Of a DNA stretch of 64,000 nt, positions 10,594 to 22,200 are shown one piece after another (position 1 is the stretch's first letter; every line of letters starts with the position of its first letter). The DNA lies in NCBI GenBank assembly GCA_965248535.1, contig CBDFJR010000005.1, positions 736,001 through 800,000 on the forward strand. Direction: 5' to 3'. A program made the position numbers and the translations under genes. This stretch comes from Phormidesmis sp. GTDB taxonomy: Bacteria; Cyanobacteriota; Cyanobacteriia; Leptolyngbyales; Leptolyngbyaceae. The notes beneath the pieces are model-generated. The model saw nothing but the letters and a program-made list of their open reading frames with translations, was not told where the DNA came from and ran no database searches.

Positions 10594-12314
10594 AACACCG
10601 TTCTAACTACTGGCAACTGTTCGCCTATGTCCGCCCACAGTGGAAGATCATTGCTCAGGCAATGGTTTGTACGCTGGTGTTTACTGCAACGTGGCCCGTT
10701 TTAGCGTGGCTAGCCGGGCGCATGGCCGAGCTAATCGGGGCAGGTAAGGTGGGCGCGATCGCTGAGTTGACCAGCTTTGCCGCTGTGGTTTGGGTCGGGC
10801 AAAAGCTGGTGCAATATGGGCAAGACACTCGGATGGCCAAAGCCGCCCTGTCGATCGCCCTACAACTGCGTCAGCAAGCCTATGCCCATCTGCAACATCT
10901 CAGTCTCAGCTATTTTGAGACCATGCAGACCGGAGATCTCGCCTATCGGCTCACCGAAGATGTCGATCGCATTGGCGAGGTGGTCAATAAGCTCTTTCAT
11001 GAGTTTGTGCCCAACGTGCTGCGGCTGATCGCGGTGTTGGGCTATATGATTTGGGTCAACTGGAAGCTAACCCTGGCAACCTTGCTGATCGCGCCCCTTC
11101 TATCGTTGCTGATCGGCTGGTTTGGGGAGCGGCTTCGCAAACTGTCTCACCGCAGTCAGAGTCGGGTGTCTGACCTGTCGGGGCTAATTATTGAGATGTT
11201 GAGCGGCATTCGCTTAGTGCAAGCATTTGCGGCTGAGGAATATGTGATCGATCGCTTTAGTCGGGAGGCAGAGCGCAATCGGCAAGCCCGCTATGCGATG
11301 GAGCGCCTCAGAGCCTCTCAATATCCCGTTGTGGGATCGCTAGAGTCACTGAGTATGCTGTCACTGCTGCTGTTGGGCGGCTGGCAGATCTCTAAAGGGC
11401 AGTTGACGGGCAGCGGATTTATTAGCTATGTGACCGCCGTCGCCCTGTTGTTTGAACCGATCGCCACGATCACCAGCAGCTATAACGAGTTTAAGCAAGG
11501 CGAAGCCTCGGTCGATCGCATTTTTGAACTGCTGTGGTTAAAACCGACGATCGTAGAGAAGCCCAACGCCCCCATGCTGGCCCCCGTGATGGGGAAAGTC
11601 GAGTTTGGCAATGTCACCTTTGCTTATCAGCCCGATCGTCCGGTGCTGCAAGACTTAAATCTCCTGGTTTTGCCGGGAGAAATGATCGCCCTCGTTGGGG
11701 CATCAGGAGCCGGAAAAACTACCCTGGTGAATTTGATCCCGCGATTTTACGATCCCCAAATCGGCGATATTTGGGTCGATGGCACCAACGTGCGAGATGT
11801 CTCTCTTCGCAGTTTGCGGCGACAGATTGGGATTGTGCCCCAAGAGACGACCTTGTTTTCGGGCACGATCGCCGAAAATATTGCCTTTGGTCAGCTTAAT
11901 TTTGACCTTGATGCCGTCAAAGAAGCGGCCAAGATCGCCAATGCTCACCAGTTTATCAGCCAACTTTCAGATGGCTATAACACCTGGGTTGGCGAACGGG
12001 GCGTTAATTTATCTGGCGGGCAGCGACAGCGGTTGGCGATCGCCCGGGCCGTGTTGCTCAATCCTCGGATTCTGATTCTCGACGAAGCCACGTCAGCCCT
12101 CGATTCTGAATCTGAGTCTCTTGTGCAAGAAGCCCTAGAGCGAATCATGCAGGGGCGTACCGTGTTCATTATTGCTCACCGTCTCGCCACCGTGCGCCGC
12201 GTCGATCGGATCTTAATTTTAGAAAAGGGTCGAGTCGTAGAATCCGGCACCCATTCTGAACTGATTGCCGAAGGGGGGCGCTATGCTCGATTTTATGCCC
12301 AGCAGTTTAGCTAG
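10590..12314 (+). CDS. ABC exporter, fused permease/ATPase (MsbA-like)
   Basis: TM domain, Walker A GASGAGKT, LSGGQRQR signature, ILDEATSALD; TTG start overlaps the DedA stop. Confidence 0.95.
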   Translation: MKHRSNYWQLFAYVRPQWKIIAQAMVCTLVFTATWPVLAWLAGRMAELIGAGKVGAIAELTSFAAVVWVGQKLVQYGQDTRMAKAALSIALQLRQQAYAHLQHLSLSYFETMQTGDLAYRLTEDVDRIGEVVNKLFHEFVPNVLRLIAVLGYMIWVNWKLTLATLLIAPLLSLLIGWFGERLRKLSHRSQSRVSDLSGLIIEMLSGIRLVQAFAAEEYVIDRFSREAERNRQARYAMERLRASQYPVVGSLESLSMLSLLLLGGWQISKGQLTGSGFISYVTAVALLFEPIATITSSYNEFKQGEASVDRIFELLWLKPTIVEKPNAPMLAPVMGKVEFGNVTFAYQPDRPVLQDLNLLVLPGEMIALVGASGAGKTTLVNLIPRFYDPQIGDIWVDGTNVRDVSLRSLRRQIGIVPQETTLFSGTIAENIAFGQLNFDLDAVKEAAKIANAHQFISQLSDGYNTWVGERGVNLSGGQRQRLAIARAVLLNPRILILDEATSALDSESESLVQEALERIMQGRTVFIIAHRLATVRRVDRILILEKGRVVESGTHSELIAEGGRYARFYAQQFS

Positions 12315-12341
12315 CGGCTAGCCCCTTTGACTGGCTCCTCT

Positions 12342-12848
12342 ATGCAGTACTCCATTCACGCGCCCAACCCCTTTATTTGCAAAAATTTGCCTCGGCTGTT
12401 GCCCGATTGGTCGCGGCCTGTGCGATCGCTGCTGGTTGTCTTGCAGCCGTGCTCACTTGAATTGATCCAATTCACGCCCGAAACCGATGCTCAAAAACAG
12501 CAGCTTCGGCAGCAGTTTTTAGAGTTTGGGCTAAAAATTGTCTATAAGCTGCGGCAGTGGGGGCATCTAGCCGACTTATTTGATCCCCGAACCGGGCACC
12601 CCCTTTTATCTCAAGCCGGAACGCTGCGGTTAGATGATGTCGCCGTGGTGCGATCGACCCTGGGCTATGCCACCACTCAATTTGGCAACTGTTGCGGCAT
12701 CTTGCATCCCCGGTGGGGCAGCGCCGTCTATCCCTCGATTTTGATTTCTTCGGCTGAGTCGAGCCAGGTCAAATCAGCGATCGCCGACGTAGAGGGCTTG
12801 CTAGAAATCCACCATTCCTTGAGCGGCGGCGGCAGCTTGATCGAATAA
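12342..12848 (+). CDS. MMADHC/CblD-like protein (cobalamin-trafficking homologue)
   Basis: KQQLRQQFLEFG...GHLADLFDPRTGHP...LGY...CCGILHPRWGSAVYPSILISSA resembles the CblD C-terminal domain; ATG at 12342 preferred over TTG at 12327. Confidence 0.75.
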   Translation: MQYSIHAPNPFICKNLPRLLPDWSRPVRSLLVVLQPCSLELIQFTPETDAQKQQLRQQFLEFGLKIVYKLRQWGHLADLFDPRTGHPLLSQAGTLRLDDVAVVRSTLGYATTQFGNCCGILHPRWGSAVYPSILISSAESSQVKSAIADVEGLLEIHHSLSGGGSLIE

Positions 12849-13162
12849 AGCGTGATCACTAGGGGATCTTGCGTCGCCTGTCCGATAATTTCGACACTAT
12901 AAGACGGACTGTTTCTCGTCGCCAAATCTGCAATCAGACGTTTGCCGATCCGCCGCCAGCTGGGTTCTTTGCTGTGCCACTCAAGGCGACAGCAGGGATA
13001 GGGCAGAGTCTCGCGATCGAACAATCGACAGCACGGGCCAATCACCCGATAGCTAAAATGAGCACCCGGACTGAAAAAAACCTGTCCATGCTTCAACGGG
13101 TGAGACCTCAGAGACCGACACTCTAGGACGCGATCGCTGCTTTTTTGATAGGGAAGATTCAC
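12728..13162 (-). CDS. Conserved hypothetical protein
   Basis: Protein-like core YRVIGPCCRLFDRETLPYPCCRLEWHSKEPSWRRIGKRLIADLATRNSPSY; overlaps the previous gene by 121 bp. Confidence 0.7.
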   Translation of the reverse strand: MNLPYQKSSDRVLECRSLRSHPLKHGQVFFSPGAHFSYRVIGPCCRLFDRETLPYPCCRLEWHSKEPSWRRIGKRLIADLATRNSPSYSVEIIGQATQDPLVITLYSIKLPPPLKEWWISSKPSTSAIADLTWLDSAEEIKIEG

Positions 13163-13294
13163 AACTGACTCAAGCGCAAACGGTTGACCAAAAGAGGTGA
13201 GAAGGGACGTGAGTTGTCATCAAGCCCTTCGCTTCTAAGATCCTAAAGCATGACCCCACGATCGGGGCAACTTCTAGCCTAAAGCTAGCGAGCT

Positions 13295-16200
13295 TCAGGC
13301 GATCGCACTGTTGTTAAACCTATCCAGTCCCTCAACTGTCCAATTGGGGTCAATCAGCCGAGGCAGAGACGTGATTAGCCCGATCGTGGTTGCGTCCTTC
13401 ATCAACCAGAGCGCGTCCTCTCCGGTGCGGCGATTGCGCCAAAGTAGATCTAAAGTTCCGTCGCCGTTATAGTCTCGGAAGCCTTCTACGTGCCAACTCA
13501 GGTCAGTCACCGGAGTCAGAAAGAGCGACTTCTCAAACTTCATGTTGTTCAGTTGCCAAATAGCATTTTCGCCCGTGCTGTAGTTGCGCCAGAAAATATC
13601 GGGTTTGCCGTCGCTGTTGAAATCTTCAACGCCTTGAATTTGCCAGTTTGAGTCAGGAACTTTGGGCAGATAGCTGGTTGACTCTAACGTGGTTCCCCTC
13701 ATTTTCCAGAAGGCAACTTCTCCGGCTTGACTACGCCACAGGATATCAATATTGCCGTCTTGGTCAAAGTCTTTGAGCGCCTGCACCTGCCAGCCTGGCC
13801 CCGCAGTCGGCGAGAAAATTCCTTCCTTAAGAGCCATGCCGTTGAGCGTCCAGATCGCCGTTTGACCCGTCGTGGTGTTGTACCAAAAAATATCTAAGAA
13901 GCCGTCGCGATCGAAGTCAGCTACTCCTTCAATGTTCCACGCGGGATCTTTAACCGGGGGCAAGTAAACCGCCGTGTTGAAGGTGATGCCATCCATCTGC
14001 CAAAACGCTACAGATCCATCTCGATAGTTGCGCCAGAGCAGATCGGTTGAGCCATCTCGGTTAAAGTCACCCGTCGCCTGAATTTGCCATCCCAAATCAG
14101 GAACTTTGGGCAGCGCCACTTCACCCGCATAGGCAGAGCTATTCAGCGTCCAAATATCGGTTTCACCCGATCGGGCATTGTGCCAGAGAATATCGAGATT
14201 GCCATCGCGATTGAAATCACCGATGTCAGAAATTGTCCAGTTGCGATCGGCGCGAGTCGGCAGCGTTAAGCTCGTTCCGTAGGTCGTGCCGTTGAGATAC
14301 CAAAGCTTGTTTTCACCCGACTGAGTGTTGCGCCAGAGAATATCTAGACTGCCATCGCGGTTGAAATCGCCAATTTTTTGCACCTGCCAGGTCGAGTCGA
14401 GAGCCGCAGAGAACAGTGAACTCCTCACATAAGTGGTGCGGTTAAGTTCCCAAGTCCCAATCTCGTTAGTGGTTTTGTTGCGCCACAGCAGGTCAAGACT
14501 GCCATCGCGGTTGAAATCGCCAATGCCTTCGATCTGCCAGCGCGGGTCGGCAACGGCAGGCAGGTTGACAATACTGGCAAGCTTTGCACCATCTAGCAGC
14601 CAGAACGCATCTTCACCCGTGCGATCGTTGCGCCAGAGTAGATCGACTTTACGATCGCCGTTAAAGTCGCCAATGCCTTTGATCTGCCAGCTTAAGTCGG
14701 TCACCCGTGGCAAATAGGACACATCAATGAAGTTGGTTCCATCCAGATTCCAAGTGGCGATTTCTCCAGTTTGATAGTTGCGCCACAGCAGATCTAATTT
14801 GCCATCGCCCGTAAAGTCGGCAATGCCTTCGACCTTCCAGGCTAAGTCTGGCACTTTGGGAAGATTGGGGGTGGTGACGATCGTGCCCAGATCCGCTCCG
14901 TTCATCAGCCAAAGATTGATCTCTCCGGTGGCCGTGTTGCGCCAGAGAAGGTCTAGACTGCCGTCTCGGTTAAAGTCTCCTTTGCCTTCAAACTGCCAAG
15001 TGGCTGCCTGGGTCGGCAACTGAGTGCTGCCCGCAAAGGTGGTGCTGTTAAGCTCCCATAAGAGGGTGTCGCCTGACTGCTGATTGCGCCAGAGAATGCC
15101 CGAATCGCTAATGATGCCTGTGTCTTTGTCGTCGTTGGCGATCGTGGCTGTTGCGCTGATCGCCGTGGTCAGAGTTGCGTTGGTTGGAGTGGTCACGGTG
15201 AGTTGGAAGGTTTCGTCTTTTTCAAAGCGGGTGTCACCCGTGGCGTTGACGGTCAGCGTCTTGCTCGTCTCACCCGGATTGAAGGTGAGCTTGCCAGCGA
15301 TCGCGGTATAGTCATTTCCGGCAGTGGTTGCCGTGCCATCGGCGGTGCTGTAGTTGACGGTGATCAGTTCACTACTCGCGTCAGACAGAGCCACCGTAAA
15401 GAGATAAGGAGTCACGCCACTGTTGCCTTCGGGCTGGCTGAGAGTGTTGGGGGTCAGGCTGATCGTGGGGCGCGTGTCGTCATTGACGATCGTGGCCACA
15501 ACGCTGCCATTAGAGGTCGAAATCGTGCTGCCGATCGTGGCGTTGCTGAGGTTGACGCTAAAGGTTTCGTTGTCCTCATACTTGGTGTCACCGTTGGCAA
15601 ACACGGTAAAAGTTTTGCTGGTTTCGGTGGGTGCAAAGGTCAACTTTCCGGCTGCTAGCAGATAGTCGTTATCCGCTAGCGTTGCCGTGCCGTTAGCGGT
15701 GCCATAATCGACCGTAATGGTTTGGCTACTGGAATTGCTCAGAGTCGCTGTGAAGACGTAGGGCACAGTGCCGCTTTTGCCTTCGGGCTGACTGGTGGTG
15801 GTCGTCGCAAGGCTGATAGTGGGGATGGGATCGTCATCCAGGATTGTGCCTGCGATCGTGCTGGTGGAGATCGTGGCATTGCTGGCGTTGCTCAAATTGA
15901 CGTTAAAGGTTTCATTGCCTTCGTATTTGGTATCTCCGATCGCCGTTACAGAGATCGTTTTGCTGGTTTCTGTCGGCAGAAAGGTCAGGGTTCCGGTGGC
16001 GCGAGTGTAGTCACTGTCGGCGATCGTGGCAGTGCCGTCACTCGTGTCATAACTAACCGTCACGGTCTGAGCGGTGGGATTGGAGAGTTTCACCACAAAC
16101 AGATTAGGACTGGCCGAGTTTTCGAGTTGACTCGCGCCAGCCGTGAGGCTGAGAGTCGGCGCAAAATCATCATTCAGTAAAGTGCCCGTGCCCTGACCTG

Positions 16201-19200
16201 CCCCGGTGATATCGGCATTGCTGGCATTAGTTAGCTGCACCGTAAAAGTTTCGTCTGGCTCAAATTTGTTGTCGCCAGTCGCAGAGACCGTGATCGTCTT
16301 TTTGAGTTCGCCAGGGTTAAAAGTCAGTTTGCCCGACGCTTGAATGAAATCGTTATCGGCGATCGTGGCTGACCCGTTGCCCGTCCCATAATCCACTCCG
16401 ATAGTTTGGCTACTGGGATTGGAGAGCGTCACCACAAACTCGATCGGAGTGATTTCGCCCACCGCTCCTTCCCGCTTAGTCGGGCTGTCAATATTCAACG
16501 TCGGACGCTTATCGTCATTGACTAGCGTTGCCGTGCCGCGCTGGTCGGCGGCCGAAATATCGGCGTTAGCGCTAGGGTTTTGCAGATCGATAAAGAAACT
16601 TTCATCTGCTTCTAGCGTGTCGTCTCCGGTGGCCAACACCGTGATTTTTTGGTTGAGCGTGTTGGGGGCAAAGGTGAGAATTCCCGACTGAGCCACATAA
16701 TCGTTGTCTGCGGTGGTCGCCGAGTTGTCCTTCGTGGTGTAGCCAACTGTCACCGTTCCGGGAGTAATCGTCGAGAGAATGACGTTAAAGACATAGGCGG
16801 TTGTTGCCCCTTTGTTGCCTTCGTTTTGGGTCACGCCACTGTCAATGCGAATCGTGGGACGAGGGGGAGCATCATCGTTGAGCAAGGTGCCTTTGCCGAC
16901 CCCAGCCGCCGCCGAGATCGTAGCGTTAGTCACCGTCGCCGGGTTGAGGGTGACGAGAAAGTTCTCATCGGGTTCAAACGTTGAGTCACCTGTTGCCAAC
17001 ACCGTGATTTTCTGACTTAAGCTATCGGGGTTAAAGGTGAGAGTGCCCGAAGCCGCCGTGTAGTCATTGTTTGCCAGCGTGGCCGATCCATCACTCGTGG
17101 CATAGTTGACCGTGATCGTTTCGCTGCTGGGGTTAGACAGACTCGCCGTGAACACATAGGGCGTGGGGCCGCTCAGTCCTTCTAGCTGAGAAAGGTTGTC
17201 GATGCTGACCGTGGGGCGAGAATCATCGTTGACGATCGTCACCGTGCCCTTGCCTGACACAGGCGAAACATCGGCGTTTCCGGCTTGACTGAGACTGACC
17301 GTAAAGTCTTCGTCGCCCTCAAATTTGGTGTCGCCTTTGCTCGAAACGGTGATGGTTTTGTTGAGTTCGCCAGGGTTAAAGGTGAGGGTGCCAGAAGCCT
17401 GAGTGTAGTCATTATCGGCGATCGTGGCCTTGCCGTCTGCCGTGCCATAGTTAACGGTGACTGTTTGAGTGCTGGGGTTAGAGAGACTAACCGTGAGGGT
17501 GCCACTGGTGCCTTCGGTGATGCTGATTTTTTGATCGATGCCGATCGTGGGTTGAAGATCGTCATTCTTGATCGTGCCGATGCCGATGCCTTCAGTCGCA
17601 GAAATCAACGCTCCGGTGCTGGGGTTTTGCAGTTTGACATTAAAGGTTTCGTCGCCTTCTAGCTTAGAGTCGCCATTGGCGAGAACGGCAAAAGTTTGGG
17701 TGAGCGTGTTGGGCGCAAAGGTCAAGGTGCCCGTTTTGGCTTGGTAGTCGAGATCGGCGATCGTGGCAGTGCCGTCTTGAGTCAGATAATCAACCGTAAC
17801 GGGAGCGTTGCTGCTGGCTGAGAGACTGACGGTAAAGATCAGTTCAGTCGTGTTTTGATTGCCTTCTTTTTGACTCACACTGTCAATTTTGAGCGTCGGA
17901 GCCGTGTCATCGTTGACGATCGTGCCTTTGCCCTGACCCTTGAGAATTCCGGCTTGTTGGGCGTTGCTAAGATTCACCAAGAAGTCTTCGTCTTTCTCTA
18001 AATTCGCATCCCCGTTTGTGATCACAGAAATTGTTTTACTGATTTCACCCGGATTGAAAGTAATGATTCCTGAAGCACTTAAATAATCGTTATCTGCTAT
18101 GGTTGCAGCACTTCCCGATACCGTTCCATCTGCAGTTGCATAATTAACCGTAGCTGTCTTATCGGTAGCATTGCTCAAACTCACCACAAAGAGATTATTT
18201 TTGGTTGTGCCTTTGTCTCCTTCAGGATTACTCACATCGCTAATGCTGATGACCGGAAGCAGATCATCGTTCGTGATCGTTCCGGTTGCGGTTGAGCTAG
18301 AGATCGAAGCATTGAGAGAATTTTTGAGAGTAACTAAAAACGTCTCGTCGCCTTCAAATTTAGTGTCCCCATTGCCTAGAGCCGTGATGGTTTTGCGCGT
18401 TTCGTTGGGGGCAAAGGTCAGAGTTCCGGCGGCGGATTGATAATCTTGATCAGCGATCGTCGCCGTCTGATCCTGAGTGGCGTAATCGACCGTAATCGTT
18501 TGATAGCTGGCATCCGACAAAGCAACCACAAAGTTGTAAGGAGTCGTGCCACTGTTTCCTTCGGCTGCCGATGCGTTTGCGATCTGGAGCAATGGCGGCG
18601 TAGTGTCGTCAGAGGTGATGATGCCCGTTGCCCGATCGGTGGCCGACAGATTGGCATTGGTGGCATTGGTCAGCTTGACGAAAAACTGTTCATCGGCTTC
18701 AAACTTTTTGTCACCTTGAGAGAACACCGTGATGGTTTGGCTGGTGGTGTTGGGTGCGAAGGTAAGCGTTCCCGATGCGGCGGTGTAATCACTATCGGCG
18801 ATCGTGGCAGTGTCGTCGATAGTCGCATAATTCACGGTGACAGCTTGACTGCTCGATTGGCTGAGATTGACGACGAATAGATAAGGAGTGCTGGCCCCAG
18901 TCGTGCCTTCAAGCTGTGCCGCAGGCGTGGTAATGCTCAAGGTTGGGCCCGGATCATCATTGAGAATGGTTGCGATCGCGGTGCTGGTCGCAGGCACGAT
19001 CGTGCCATTGTTGGGATTGCTCAACGTCACCTGAAAGGTTTCATTGCTTTCAAACTTAGTATCTCCGTTGACCAAAACGCCCAAGGTCTGCGTCAGTTGT
19101 CCCGGCGCAAAAGTGAGCTTACCCGATGCGGCGGTGTAATCATTATCCGCTAAGGTTGCCGTGCCGTTTGCCGTTGCGTAATCGACTGTGATGGTTTCTG

Positions 19201-22200
19201 TGCTGAGATTCGATAAACTAGCTGTTAAAATCAGGGGTGCAGACCCGCTATCACCTTCATTTTGAATCGCATCTGCGATCGTAATCGTCGGTCGAGCATC
19301 ATCGTTTTGAATCGTTCCCGTCGCATTCACGGCAGCAGTCAGCGTGGCGTTAGTCGCCCCATTCAACGTCACGGTAAACGTTTCATCTGGCTCAAATTTA
19401 TTATCAGCCGTCACCGCAACGGCGATCGTCTGACTGGTCTGACCCGGCGCAAAGGTAACGCTAGCTGCGGCGGCGGGTGTGTAATCACTATCGGCGATCG
19501 TTGCCGTGCCGTCGGTGGTGCTATAAGTGACGACCACGTTTTGAGTGCTGGGCTGAGATAGGGTGACAATAAAGGGCAGCGGGGTGGCAGTCGCGCTCGT
19601 GCCTTCGAGCACCTTAACGGGGGTTGCATCTAGGCTTACAGTGGGTGCCACGACTGCTTTTGCCAGCGATAGCTCCGAGGTGTTGCCGCTAGCATCGGTG
19701 GCTGTGGCGGTGATCAACTGTCCGGCTGCTACGCCAGACGCGGTAAAGCTGAAGGTTGCGGTGCCGCTTGTGTCTGTGGTGACATCTTTGAAGCCCAGAA
19801 ACGTTTTGCCTTGAGCCGCTCCCGTCGCGTCGTTGCTAAAGAACTCAACTCGGAATGAAGTGGTCGGAGTGCTGTTGAGAGTGCCTCCGATCGCCGCTCC
19901 CGTTCCAACAGGTTCGGCGATCGTCAACACCGGAAAGTTTTGCAGATTGTTGGCTCCTACATCCAAATCGCCTGCATCGTTTGCCGTTGCGCCATCTTTG
20001 CCCAGATCAATGCCTAGCCCCGTGTTGCCCGTAAAGGTGTTGACTGAAATGCGGTTTCCGGTGACGGGGCCCACGATCGCGATGCCAGATCCTTTATTTG
20101 CCGAAAGGTCACCTTGCTGAATCGTGTTGTTGCCTTGGGTGTCGATCAAAATTCCGTCTTGGGCGAAGTTTTTGATTCCTAATCCTTTAATCGTGCTGCT
20201 CCCGGCGGTGATGTGTAAGCCGCTTGCAGTCGCTCCGGCAGCAGTGCCATCCAGGACAATGAACGGCGTAAAGGTGAATCCGGTTTGGGTCGTCGCATCG
20301 ATCGTTACTCCATCGCTGATGATTGGCAAGGCAGATTGCAGCGCGATCGTTTGCACGCCAGTTCCTGGAATGGCAAAGCTAATGGTGTTTGCCCCAGGGA
20401 ATGTGTTCGCGTTAATGATTGCCTGCCGAAGCGATCCCTCTCCGCTATCGTTTGTATTAATAACCGTGGTATCGTTCGCTAAAATTGTTGTCAGCGATGT
20501 GTTATCACTTGCGCTAATGGCATATCCCGAATTGGTTGCATCTGCTGTAATGGAGAGCTTTAACGTTTCGGCGGCTTCTGCCTGCACGTCGTCTCTAGGA
20601 GTCATCTTGAGATCGATCGTATCTGCCCCTGCTAAGAATTTTAGAACAATCTCAGTCGCAGAGAAACTCACGATCGTGGCCACTGTCGGGTCAACTGACC
20701 AATCATAATCCGTTGCAGAAGCGGTGCTGGTGGGGTCGATCGCCAGTTTGACACTCAATTCTCCCGTTTTGGTCGTGCGCTTAACTTGATAGACCGCCGG
20801 ATCGTTAGCAGGAGTGACCTCGCTGGCAGAAGCGTCGATCGCGGTCAGACTGACCACAGGCAGCAATTCTTGCCCAAACACATCAAATTTATTGTTGAAG
20901 TCACCTGCAACCAAATCACCCGCATCGCTCATAAAGGCAACATAACCGCCACTGCCACTGATCACCGGAACCTGAGACACTCCTTTGCCACTATCGGTGC
21001 CCGCGCTGTTGGTGCTGATCAGCGTCGTTTTGTTGAGTAGCAGATCTCGAACAAAAATATCTTGCGCGCCATTAGTGTCACTTGCCACGAGATTAGTAGA
21101 GTAGCTAACAAACGCTACAAACCGTCCGTCTTGGCTGAGTGAAGAACCCAAAGAGCCAGTGCCGCCAAATGCCCCTCCTGTCCCTGAGCCTATGCCGCTG
21201 CCTGTCCCATCTTTATCCACGCTGACTAAAATTGTTCGGCTTTTAGTCGGGTCATTCAGGTCAATTTCGCGAACAAACACATCCTGAGCTGCATTGTTGT
21301 CAGTGGCAACTAACGTATTAAAGGTGCTGGTAAACGCAACATACACCTTGCCGCCATAGCTGCTGATCACCGGACTCGACGCAAACGCCCCACTCGCAGG
21401 CGCGCCTCCGGTCACATTGCCATAGGCTCCCGACGCATCGACACTGACCGCCGCCGTCGTGTTCTTCACCAAATCGCGAATGAACACATCTTGAGCCGCA
21501 TTGCTATCGGTGCCAAACAGATTAGTTGCACCGCTCGTAAACGCAACATAGCGCCCATCGCCACTGATCACGGCGTTGTTGGAGTCTGCATTAGCGATCG
21601 TGCCTGCACTATCTCGGCTAATCAAGGTGAGCGGAGCCGTTTTGCGATCCCACAGAAAGACTTGTTTTTGGGCAGTTGTCGGCGCTGAAATTAAATTAGT
21701 GCCATCACTCGTAAAGGTGATCAACTGTCCATCATCGCTAATCGTCGCATTCTCAGAGGTGCCATCGCTGCTGTTGGTGCTCCCATTCGCGTGGCTGATC
21801 AGCGTAGTGGTTTTTGTCGATCGCTCCCAGACAAACACATCCTGTTTAGCGTTGCCATCCCCACTGACTAAGATTAGTTGCCAGACTGGTAAAGACCACA
21901 TATTGACCGTTGCCGCTAATGATCGGATTGATCGAAGCCCGATCGCCGCTCGTGGTGCCGCCGTTGACTTTGCTGATCAGGGTTAAGGTGTCGGGCTGCG
22001 ATCGCTCCCAGATAAACAGATCGGAGGCCCCATTGCTGTCACCAGTCACCAGATCAGAGGCATCACTCACAAAGACGACAAATTGACCATCTCGACTGAT
22101 CACCGGGCTAAAAGAATTGCCGTTGCCAGAAGCCTTCGCTGGATTGCGGCTGATCAACGTCACCGTTTTGGTCTGATTGTCGCGAATGAATACATCCTGA

